This document shows, in pieces, positions 23,590-34,814 of a DNA stretch of 64,000 nucleotides; the first letter of the stretch is position 1; each line of letters begins with the position of its first letter. The stretch is taken from contig CM059430.1 in assembly GCA_030390025.1 (NCBI GenBank), positions 67,704,001 to 67,768,000 on the forward strand, read 5' to 3'. The stretch comes from Squalus acanthias (taxonomy: Eukaryota). A model generated the notes under the pieces. It was given only the letters and a program-made list of their open reading frames with translations, was not told the origin of the DNA and made no database searches. A program made the translations under genes and the position numbers.

Positions 23590-24460
23590 TGCCGCAACCG
23601 CCGCCACGCCCTCGGAGTTCCTGACCACACCCCGCCCGTGCTCCTGACCTCCGCCCGCCACACCACCCCGCCGCACACCCGAGCTCCTGACCTTCAGCGC
23701 CCCGAGTCCTGACCTTCTCCTCTGCCCCCCAGCTCGTGGCTTCTCCCCTCCCCTTCGCTCCAGACCATCACCCCGAGCTTCTGACCTTCTCTCCTCCCCC
23801 GTGCTCCCGACCTTCTCCCTGAATTCCTGACTTTCTCCGCTGTCCCAAGCTCCTGCCCTTCGCCCCACCCAGAGTTACTGACCTTCTCCCCTTCCCCCAA
23901 GCTCCTGACCATCTCTGCCCTAGTTCCTGACCTTCTCCCGCCGAGTTCCTGACCTTCTCTCCTCCTCCTGAGCCCCTGACCTTCACCCCATCCAATTCCT
24001 TACCTTCTCCCCCCCCCCCGAATTCCTAATAATCTCCACCACCCGTCTCCCCCGAGTTCCTGACCTTCTCCCTCGCCGTGAGCTGCTCTATCCCATCTCC
24101 CCTCTCCGAGTTCCTCTCTCTCTCCCTCTGCGAGCTCCGAGCTCCTCTCTCCCCTATCCCCTCCAGAGCTCCTCTCCTCTCTCTCCGAGCTACTCTATCC
24201 ACTCTCCACTCTTCGAGCTCCTCTCTCCCCACTCCAAGCTCCACTCTCCTTTTTCCCTCTCCAATCTCTTCTTTCCCCGCCTCCGAGCTCCTCTCTCCCC
24301 TCTCTGTGCTCCTCCTTCACCTCTCCCAGCTTCTCTCTCCCATCTCCCCGCTCCTCCCACCCTTCTCCGAGCTCCTCTCTGTCCCCCTCTCCGAGCTTCT
24401 CTCTCCCCCGCCTCCGAGCTCCTATCTCACCCACCCCGCTTCGAGCCCCTCTCCTCTCCA
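23590..24460. repeat. Pyrimidine-rich degenerate minisatellite (CCGAGCTCC / TCCTGACCTTCTC units)
   Basis: Many recurrences of TCCTGACCTTCTC and CCGAGCTC; strong C/T strand bias. Confidence 0.85.
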
Positions 24461-24489
24461 ACCTCATGCAATCCCTTGAACCTCTCCAC

Positions 24490-24610
24490 AGGGAGCCGAG
24501 GAAAGCTGCTGGTTGAGGCCGCGAGCCGTCAGCCGCCGCAATGTCGGGTGCGCATGTGCGACCGGATCGAGAGCGCATCCGCTTTACCAAACGGGGGCGG
24601 AAGCACAGAG
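24490..24610. promoter_or_regulatory. Small CpG-rich promoter-like element
   Basis: TGCGCATGTGCG (NRF1-like), GGGGCGG GC box overlapping CGGAAG (ETS); high CpG density. Confidence 0.45.
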
Positions 24611-26008
24611 GGACTCAGAACACCGAGGAAATAATCACTCTCAATATCCATGCACCACAGAGGCAGAAGAAAAGGGGTATATGTGCAAGAACACTAACAG
24701 AAACAAACACAGCAGATTTTGAACAAGACCTTCCATGCTGCACTGCTGACCAGAAGTTTGGGAAATACCAACCTTGAATCTGTAATTGCTGTTTAATACT
24801 GCGTGTATGATTGATACTGCTAAGTGTTACAATAAAACCTTGTTACATCCAATTAGGATTTCCAAGCAAAATCATTGGTAGGGTAAACTAGGGCCGAGCG
24901 TCGCTGACACGAGGGATTCTTACAACACATCCAAGGTCAGATCTGGCTGGACCATGTGAAGCCTTGCAGAGTCTCACTGTTCTCTGCCGCAACTGCCCAC
25001 TGCTCTGCAATTGTACTGGAGATCAATAGTAACCTACCGTTTCATTCCCCCTCTACCAACCACATATTAAAACTTTATCCACTAAGTTCACAGACCTCAT
25101 GAGTTTATTTGTCATCAAATAGAGACCTTCCGCTCAGCTACATCTACTGCTTCCTCCTTTCCCCTTGCACATCAGGCCAAATCTCGCTTCCCCGTCATAC
25201 CGTACCTCTGAATCCCTGTTTCCGTGTATTTTTCTTCCTTCTTCCCCACATGCACTCATCTAATCCACATCAAACACCTCCTGATTCATACACCTCAATC
25301 GGATTTAACCGCTGACCACCCAACTTCCTTTTCTGCCCTCCATGATAGCTAAAATTATAAATGATAAGTAGAGACTGTCCCGTTTCGTTTGGACACAGAT
25401 ATGGTCACCCATTCTCAATAAACTCACACTCGCCAGCTCTCTCCATGCAAACTGCCACCAAATCTCCAACTTCCTTTAAAACAGTGAACCTGTTGTCACC
25501 TCCCAGATGCGTGCCTAGGTCCCCACCAGTTCCTGATTTAACCTCTCCACTCAGTTTTCTACCTTTCACGCAAAACCAAAACGGCCATTAATTACAGTAA
25601 GTGTGACTGTGACCATGGTGCGTAATCTCATTTTATGTTCGTTTGAACTCTCTTTTGACGTGGTCAACCAAACCACCATTCTCCAACGCTTTTCCTCTGT
25701 ATCCAACCTGCTTAGACAGCCGTCACTTGTCAGGAAACACTCCACGAATGTTAGTAAATTCTGCACTTGAAAATCAAATATATTGCTTTACTCTTTGCTG
25801 TCTGTCACACATGTGATTCCAGCAGTCGATTTAAGTGCAGAAGTTAAAAAATCCTACTACACAAACGAAGCCGAATTTCTGAATCCGCAATTCCATGATG
25901 TTAAACGTCATTGCGACGTATCTCATTGAAAACTAACCGCAAACCATTCTTAACAGTTGCAAACTCGCAGTTACTGCAGAGAGTCATCAGTTGAATCTGT
26001 TGCTCAGA

Positions 26009-26062
26009 ATGTCGGCGACTTTGCTTTTCCTGTGCCTGAGTCTCCGGGGATTATTTACACAG
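26009..26062 (+). CDS. Copy A leader exon (phase 0, frameshifted relative to copy B)
   Basis: ATG...TTTACACAG|gt is homologous to the copy B leader; CTCC-GGGG versus CTCCTGGGG. Confidence 0.7.
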
Positions 26063-26231
26063 GTACCTCTTTATTCATTATCGCAGCTACTTTAATTTAT
26101 AAGATGATTCCGAGATAGTTTTCACACTAATTTAGTGAAATGTGCTCCCTCTATTTAGATTATTTTTCTCTCTTCCAACTCCATGACGTGTCTAATACAA
26201 TTAACCTGTACTTCACTATATTTTCTAACAG

Positions 26232-26552
26232 CAGCGGACCAGATTTCGTTCAGAGTGACTCAAGCGCCCAAACAAGCGACAGTATCCAGAGGAGGGAACA
26301 TCACCTTCTACTGCATATTCCCCATCTCCCAGGACAATTCCTGGGTAAGAGTGTATTGGTGGAAACAGGGTGAGAATGAATACCTGCGCACAGGCGCGGA
26401 TAACAGAAAACGATTTGGTCTGAAAAGTAAAGGGTGCGGGTTCTTTCAGGTGCGAAGCGCGACTTTCAAAGACTCTGGAGTCTATCAGTGCGCAGTGCTC
26501 CGTCAAGGAATAATTCGAGGAAATGGAACCGGATCACATCTAATTGTGCATA
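26232..26552 (+). CDS. Copy A Ig V domain exon with J-like motif
   Basis: VTQAP..ITFYC..VYWWKQ..DSGVYQC..GNGTGSHLIV; AG/GT boundaries, phase 1/1. Confidence 0.9.
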
Positions 26553-27604
26553 GTAAGTGTTATACACAGGAGAGCGGCACAGTCGAAAATATATCGAACA
26601 TAACAAACCGGGATGCTTTGTGATTGTTTTATTGCATCGCTTTTGGCAGTATAAACATGTCTATTGATACATTTCGCGATAAGTAAAGTTGTATGTTCGT
26701 GTGCTCTGTGCGAACTGCTAATTAGATATTCATTGTAACAGGCAGAGTATTGCAAAATTTGTCAATATTAACAAATTTGACTAAAACGCAACAATTTTTC
26801 CACCTGATGTCTAATAGCGGAAGTTCGGAACAAATTCCAAGCATATAACTGACTGAAAATCGTTTGTATTAATGCGTCTCTCCCAACATATACATCTTGG
26901 CCCACTTCTGATGCTCTGTCAGCCTCCATCGCTGTCTTTGCGGTTTAACATTCCTGAAATTAATTCTCACATAATGTTAGCGTCAGGGATTAGAAAGCCG
27001 GCGTGAAACTAACTGTTGATCAACGGCTTCACTCATCAAACTGGAGCTTGGAACACACAATGTTGTCACCTCACTAACCTCCAATAAATAAAACAATACA
27101 GAGGAACTGTGTTACCGAAACCTCCTGAGGTTCAACCGAGCATAATTTCATTCAGAAAATGTCATGCTTCGGCTGTGAGATCTGTCCGATATCTACCAAG
27201 CCCTCGTTTTATCATATACAGAATGCAGATTATACCTCACTGTCAATCTATGAGTGACAAACACGGAGGGTCTCGGCGCGCCAACTTACCCCCAGGGTTT
27301 AATTATTTAATACTTGGGACTATGAAACGCAAACATAGATTAGCAATCGTTGCGATGTCTGAGTAACTGCTGAGTAACTCAAAGTCTTGGACTTGATTGC
27401 GCAAGTAAATTTGAACAAATGCCGGAGTCTACGAGAGGTATGGATAGGGTGTGTGTAGATGGCATGCATAGCATTAACATGACAAGAGGCTGTGATTTGT
27501 AATGGTGGTATGATAATATAATGGACCGAAGGCAAATCAGAATCATATTTAATTTCTCGCAATGGTGCCCAGTAAACCAACTTTGTTTATTCTCTGCTCC
27601 GCAG

Positions 27605-27916
27605 CGGCCCCAGCCCCACTGAAGATTGTCTCCAGGACAACTGAAGGGAATTCACCTGCGTCTCTGACACTTGTGTGTGAAACGGCTGCGTTTTTTCCGG
27701 AGAATTTCACCCTCACTTGGTATAAAAATGGCGTCGAAACTGCATCAGGAATACATACCAGGAAAGTGCAGAAGACGGAGGGACTGTATGAAGTTTGCAG
27801 CTCTTTGACTGAGACGCAGCCTGTCCCGAGCAACACCAATTATACCTGTTTGGTTTCTCATGTCTCTCTCGAGACTCCAGCTGCTGTCACCTATGTTGTT
27901 TCTAAATCTAACCAAG
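27605..27916 (+). CDS. Copy A Ig C1-set domain exon
   Basis: LTLVC...FFPENFTLTWYKNG...LYEV.SSL...YTCLVSHVSL; AG/GT boundaries, phase 1/1. Confidence 0.9.
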
Positions 27917-28072
27917 GTACGAGGCCTACAGTCCAAAAAACAGCTTCTACTCAATTCGTAAAGAGATATATCGTAGAGGTTGTACATGCTAACAATCATG
28001 AAGTTAGTCCACAGAAATACCGTGGGAGATATCAACGAAAGCATTAAATACATGTTTTAATGTATCATTACA

Positions 28073-31000
28073 TAGGATTACATAGGATATACGGCACAGA
28101 AACAGGCCATTCGGCACAAACAGTCCATGCCGGCGTTTATGTTCCACTCGAGCCTCCTCCCGTCTTTCCTCAACTAACACTGTCAGCATAACCCTCTATT
28201 CCCTACTCCCTCATATGTGTATCTAGCCTCCACTTAAATGCATCTATACTATTTGCCTTAACTACTCCCTGTGGTAGCGAATTCCACGTTCTCCCCACAA
28301 GGAAACATTCTCTCTGTATCTACTCTATCAAAACCTTTCATAATTTTAAAGACCTCAATTAGTTCACCCCTCAGCCTACTTTTTTCAGGTGAAAAGAGAC
28401 CCAGCCGGTTCATCCTTTCCTGATAGGCATACCCTCGCATTTCTGGTATCATCCTTGTAAATCTTCTCTGCACCCTCTCCAGTGTCTCTATATCCTTTGT
28501 ATAATATGGTGACCAGAATTGTACGCAGTACTCCAAGTGTGGTCTAACCAAGGTTCGATACAGGTTTAGCATAACTTCCCTACTTTTCAATTCTATACGT
28601 CTAGAAATAAACCCTAGTGCCTGCTTTATTTGTTATGTTCGTGTTAACCTGTGTCGCTACTTTAAGTGATTTGTGTATTTGTACTCCGAGATCCCTTTGT
28701 TCCTCTACCCCACCCAGACTCGCACGCTCTAAGTAATAAGTGACCTACCTATTCTTCCTACCAAAATGTAACACCTCACATTTCTCTGTGCTGAATTTAA
28801 TTTGCCAATTATATGTCCCTTCTGCAAGATTATTGGGGTCTTCCTCTAATTTGTTGCCGTCCTCCTAAGTATTAACTATCAACCCAATTTGGTGTCATCC
28901 GTAAATTTAGAAATTGTGTTTTTGATTCCAAAGTCTAAATCGTTAATATAAATTGTGAACAACAGTGGTCCCAAAACTGATCCTTGTGGAACACCACTAC
29001 CAACCTTCTGCCACTGTGAATAGCTACCCTTTACCCCTACACTCTGCTTTCTGTCTTGAAGCCAGTTCGCTGTCCATTCTGCTACTTGTCACCTGACTCC
29101 GCATTCTCTGACCTTATTCATTAGTCTATTATGTGGTACCTTATAGAAGGTCTTTTGAAAATCTAGATAAATTAATTCTATTGTATTACCCTGGTCTATT
29201 CTCTCTATTAACTATTCAAAAAATTCAACGAATTTGTTCAAACAAGACTTTCCCTTTTGAAATCCATGCTGACTATTCATTATTATATTTTTGGCTTCTA
29301 GATGTTCCTCTATTTTCGCCTTTAGTAGCGATTCCATTATTTTTCCTACCATCGATGTTAAGCTGACTGATCTATAGTTCCCTGGACATGTTCTATCTAC
29401 CTTCATAAATATAGGTATCATGTTGGCTATCTGCCAGTCCTCTGGCACTACACCTTTTTTTAATGCATTATTAAATATGTGTAGTAATGCCTCTGCTATC
29501 TCTTCCCTGGATTCTTTTAAAATGCACGGATGTAATCCATCTGGACCAGGGTTATTTTCCTCTTTGAGATTCATCAGTTTATTTAATATATCTCCTCCTG
29601 TTATTTTAAATGCAGCTATTTAATTACTAATCTCATGATCCAATGTCATGGTGCTGGGAGAATGTTTCCCTTGGCTGGGGAGTCTAGAACCAGGGGCCAC
29701 AGCCTCAAAATAAAGTGTAGGCCATTCAGGACTGAGATGAGAAGAAATGTCTTCCAACAGATGGTGGTGAATCTTTGGAATTCACTACCCCAGAGGGCTG
29801 TGGAGGCTCAGTCATTGTGTATATTCAAAACAGAAGTCGATAGATTTCTGACTAGTAAGGGCATCAAGGGATATGGCGATAGGGCCGGTGAATGGAGTTG
29901 AGGCAGAAGATCAGCCATGATCTCATTGAATGGCGGAGCAAGCTCGAAGGGCCGAATGGCCTACTCCTGCTCCTATTTCTTATGTTCTTATGTTCTTATA
30001 TCCACCTGTTCTATCTCCCTGGAAAATATAGATAAAAAGTAATTATTTAATATTTCTGCCATCTCTCTATCACTGCCTGTGGTATTTCCCTTTCCATCCC
30101 TTAGTGGCCCTATTCCCATCTCGACCTTCCTTTTTATTGATGTGCCTGTAAAATATGTTATTATTTTGTTTTATGTTCCTTGAAAATTTAATGTCATAGT
30201 TCCTCTTTGTTTTTCCTTTTTTTCACTTCTCTCCTAACCTCCTTGTATGTTCCCTTATCATGCTCTCCTCTGCTGTCCATGTACTTAATGTATGCCTCTT
30301 TCCTTACGCTCAATTTTCCATTATATCTTTATTCATCCATGGTGTCTCAGTAGTGTTTAGCTTGTTCTTGTTTTTTTAGCAGAATATATTTTTCCTGGAC
30401 TCTGTTGAACACAGTTTTAAATGATTCCCATTGTTGTTTTATGTCATTGTTTGCCAATATCTTTGGCCATTTTATTTTCCCAATTTCTATTCTCAGCCCC
30501 TCAACCTCAGCTTTTCTCTACCCTATTACCATGGACTTTGTTATACTTATGTCCTTCTCAATTATTATTTTAAAGAGTATTATATCATGGTCAATATTGC
30601 CCAAATGTTCCCCTACTTTTACTTCTCTTATCTGCTCTGGTTCATTCCCCATTACTAGATCCAATAGCGAATCCTCCCTTCTTGGGCTTTTTAAATATTG
30701 GGTTAGAAAGGAGTTCTGTACACATTGTAGGAACTCCATTCCCTTATCCCCTTTACCGACCTCTTCTGTCCAATTAATATCTGGGTAGTTAAAATACCCC
30801 ATGATTATTATTCTAAGTGTTTTAATAATTTTCCTAATTTGTTTGCATATTTCATCCTCCACATCCCTTCCACTATTAGGTGGCCTGTTGACTACCCCGA
30901 TTAGTGTGATTTACCCTTCATTATCTTTTATCTCTATCCACATGCATTCTATTTCTGTCATGCTTGTAGCTGCGTCAATTTTTTCTACTGCCATTATGTT

Positions 31001-31690
31001 ATCCCAAATAAGTACAGATACTCCACCTCCCCTTTTTCCCTCTCTATCTTTTCTAAATATGTTATGCCCTGCAATCTTTTCTGTCTCAGTAATCCCTACT
31101 ATGCCTGGCTCCTCACAATGTATGATTGCCTCCAGCTCCCCTGTTTTATTACGGTCACTGTGTGCTGTCCAGACATTTTTAATAGCATTTACTTTCACTT
31201 CATTTTTAACCATCTTTTCACACACCTGTTCTATAACTCTATTTATTCCCTGGCCATCAATGTACTCCCTTACTTTATTCTTTCCTATGCTCTCATTTCC
31301 TGATTTGTTTATATTTTGGCTGGTTTCATTTCTTGTGTATCCCTCCCCCCATCTTACTAATTTAAAGCCTATGCCACGTCGCTATGCACCCTTTCTGCTA
31401 GGACACGGGTCCCATCCCGGATCAGGTGGCGCCCGTCCCATTGGTACAGCTACTTCCTGTCCCAGTACTGGTGCCAGTGTCCCATGAAAAGGAACCCTCT
31501 TTCCCACACCATCCCTTTAGCCACGTGTTAATTCCTCTAATCTGAATGCTTCTATGCCAATTTGCACGTGGCTCGAGTAATAATCCAACGGTTGTTACCC
31601 TCGATGTCCTGCATTTCAATTTAGCTCCTGACTTCAGCAGTACCTCCTACCTGTTGCTACCTATGTCGTTTGTTCCACGTGGACCAGAAC
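28073..31690 (-). mobile_element. Decayed CR1 LINE (ORF1 end, EN, RT, 3' end)
   Basis: Fragments INTWLKGWC, GGGVSVLI, FNYPDINW, LLDLVMGN, PGPDGLHP, YRSVSLTS and YCVQFWSP. Confidence 0.88.
29650..30000 (+). mobile_element. CR1 3' fragment nested in an antisense CR1
   Basis: MFPLAGESRTRGHSL..VVNLWNSLPQ; TTCTTATG tail repeats. Confidence 0.85.
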
Positions 31691-31794
31691 AACCCGATGT
31701 GTTGTAAAATGGGTTATATCGCCCGCCACACATATATTCTCAGTCAAACTTTATTTGATTGCAAATTACTCTATTTGATGTATGATAAATATAA

Positions 31795-32420
31795 GAACAT
31801 ATTAACATAAGAAGTAGGAGCAGCAGTAGTCCATACGGCCCATCGAATCTGCTCCACCATTCAATACTTCAATACCTTCTACCTCAACACCACTTTCCCA
31901 TCCTATCCCCATATCCCTTGATTCCCTTAGTGCCCAAAAATCTATCGATCTCTGTCTTGAATATTTTCATCGACTGAGCATCCATTGCCCACTGGGGTAG
32001 AGAATTTCGAAGATTCACAAAAATCTGAATGAATAAATTTCTCCTCATCTCAGTCCTATATGGCCGACCCCTTATCCTGAGATTATGACGACTAGTTCTA
32101 GATTCTCAAACCGAGGGAAACATCCTCTCAGCATCTACCCTGTCAAGCCCTCTAAGAATTTTATACATTTCAACGATATCACCTTTCATTTTTCTAAACT
32201 CCAGAGAATATAGGCCCATTCTATTCAATCGCTCCTCATAGGACAGCCCTCTCATTCCAGGAATCAAACTAATGAACCTTCGTTGCACTCCCTCTAAGGC
32301 AAGTATATACTTCCTTAGGTAAGGAGGTCAAAACGGTAAACAGTACACCGGGTGCTGTCTCACCAAATCGCAATATAATTGCAGCAAGACTTTCTTACTC
32401 TTATACACCAACCCCTTGGA
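31795..32420 (-). mobile_element. CR1 3' fragment
   Basis: LSYEERLNRMGLYSLEFRKMKGD and a CR1 3' UTR. Confidence 0.85.
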
Positions 32421-33241
32421 AACATAAGCAGCAATGTATATTTTGTCCGATTATATTTCCTCACCTTATGAATAATAATTTCCAGTTTCGTCTGTTTCCA
32501 TGTTAATAATGTTTTGTTCTTTACCATTGTCTGTTCTCCTTGCAAGACTGTTACCAAGAGCTACAGTCATGTTGTTTGCTCTGAGATTTCTCCCAATGCA
32601 GTTCCCGATCCTGACCCCACTTTCGGATACTTCAGCTAAATACCACCAAGATGTTTATCTTTGTTGCTCCATTATATTTCACATTCTGCCCGTTAATAAT
32701 CATTTTTTCTTTCTTTCCATGTTAAAATGGTTTTATTAGCTTACGTTATCTAGATTTCCTGCATCAAGTCTGTTATCAGGAGCTGCATTGAAGATGCCTG
32801 CGCCCCGGCTTCTCCCAATGCAGTTCCCGATCATGATCTCCCTTCCGGCGAACCCTCGTAAAGAGTTCTGAAATTAACCCACTGGCCAACACTTACCCCT
32901 TACCCCTCCATGGCATTGTGGGTTGGACCTGTTTCATACATTTCACTTAAGCTGTGCTAACAGCCTGGCTGCAGTACAGCCGCTTACATGGTTTTAATAA
33001 CAACTGTTTGCCTCACCAGACAATAATTCATAAACCACCCCGCGTTGATCTCCTTTACTATTTAGGGACAGACACAGATCACCACAGTAGCACCAACATT
33101 CATGCGATAATGGAGATTATATGGTTGGCTGACTCTAGTCGTGTATTGTAGCTCAGGTTGTTTGTGTGTTATTCTGATGAGCAGCAGCAAAGAAACTGGC
33201 AAACCGACCCATAAACATTCCTTCCATACACGGATTTACCG

Positions 33242-33316
33242 AACAAACAAGTGACTTACGCGACGCTAGAATTGTCAGGCTCCAAAAAATCGAGGAAACC
33301 CAAAAATAACAAATGA
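33242..33316 (+). pseudogene. Copy A relic of the last cytoplasmic exon (ITIM VTYATL)
   Basis: NKQVTYATLELSGSKKSRKPKNNK* is homologous to copy B GTYATLELSGPEKAGKSKNNK; flanking intron and UTR are also homologous. Confidence 0.8.
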
Positions 33317-34814
33317 AAACAGAGTAACTAATTTCAGTACTATATCATAGAATGTAGGTGTAATTGTTTGTTATTACTTAAATATTTGAGGAATTTTCAT
33401 TTAAATACTTGTAATAAAATGAACCTTGCTTGTACATTTTTGATCAATCTGTAGTACTTAATAGATGACAAATATCAGCAATGATACGCTAATTGTTTTG
33501 CTGTACCGAGTTAGCCTCAAATATCAATTCAATAAAAATAAAGATTATTAGATCTCTCTTATCAATCAACCATCCGTGATTTTCTTTGCGAGTAAAGTTT
33601 TGTGTGTTTTGATTTGTGTGTTCCGTTACTGCGTCCTGACTTCAAGTGCAGGCGATTCTCCTGATTTGGACCAATCCATAAACCCTCTGAACACAGCGTG
33701 CAGATGATGGAGGATGAGATGCCTTTCTCTAAATTCTGTATGACTATCCATTCCTATTTGAAGCGATGCGCCCAGACAATTTCAAGTTGCTACCAAAGGA
33801 ATAGCCTCGATTGTTCTCATTAGATTTTGTCTTCAAAAGGATAGTGCTTCTAGAGAGTTCCCAGACGAGCAACAATTATGAATCCGGGATATAGTACTGA
33901 ACTTGTAAGAAAATCCCTACAGAGCTGAATGCATTTTTGTTGGGGAAAGGACCGAATTAACGGTGATGCAGGATTTAAAAAGTTCAAAGCCGTGGAAAAT
34001 GTCGATATTAGCAGATTGTAAGGTTTGTGAGGTTGCCTCAAGAAAGAGAATAGAACTACAACGATTTATCTATTGTAGCGTGGCTGCCTCGTCAGCTGAA
34101 GATTGACTAGCCATTTCCACGATTAAACTGTGAGTATTGAGGAAGTAGATCACTTGAATGATAGGGATAGAACATTTACGGCTAGTTACTGGAAGAAAGG
34201 CAGTCCAACAGTTCCAGTGACTAAGCCTTTAGCTCCAAATTTAAAGATAATACAAGACGAAGTGAAACCGCTGCCTCTTGCTCGGCCTAACTGTTCTGGT
34301 TTGATGTCTGTGTGCATTAACAAGCAATTTAGAATCCTAGAATGTTACAGCACAGATTCAGATCACGCGTCTCTAAAATCTGTACCTTTTTTATCCCCAT
34401 ATGAAATAATTAGGGAGTTCCATTTTCCTTTTAGATTTCTAATATCTATAATATTCCTCTTTTTCAAGCAACTAATTCACTTCTAAAAGAATTCCTGGGC
34501 AGTGATGCAACAATGTTTTGTGGCAGAGAACGTCCACCGCTCATATTCTAACCAGCCTCTGTGCAAAGAGTATTTTACCTCTTCATTTTTTGCGATTGTG
34601 TTAAAGTTATGCTCACGCGGAACCGTCTACTGGTCATTGGAAATATTCTATCACTATTTGCTTATCATAACGCCTCATAATGTTGAAAACCTTTATCAGG
34701 TCACTCATCAATTTTTTCAGCTCCAGTTAAAAAAGTCCGTGCATCTCTAATAGTAACTCTCCATTCTTGGCCATTTAGACGGACCGTTGTAATTTGCTTT
34801 TGTATTCTTTCATA

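Larger units (their letters stand above)
26009..33316 (+). pseudogene. IgSF VJ-C1 receptor copy A (SIRP-like); probable pseudogene or truncated gene
   Basis: Leader 26009-26062 is out of phase, V and C1 exons are intact, TM and two cytoplasmic exons were not found, and the last exon is a relic (VTYATL) without an acceptor. Confidence 0.75.

Noticed and set aside
23563-24590. Several G/E/R- or L/S/P-rich ORFs
   Set aside because: Artefacts of low-complexity repeat.
26232-27916. Rearranging Ig/TCR V and C segments
   Set aside because: The V exon already includes the G strand and ends in a splice donor; no heptamer-spacer-nonamer RSS seen; the paralog has a tyrosine-motif tail.
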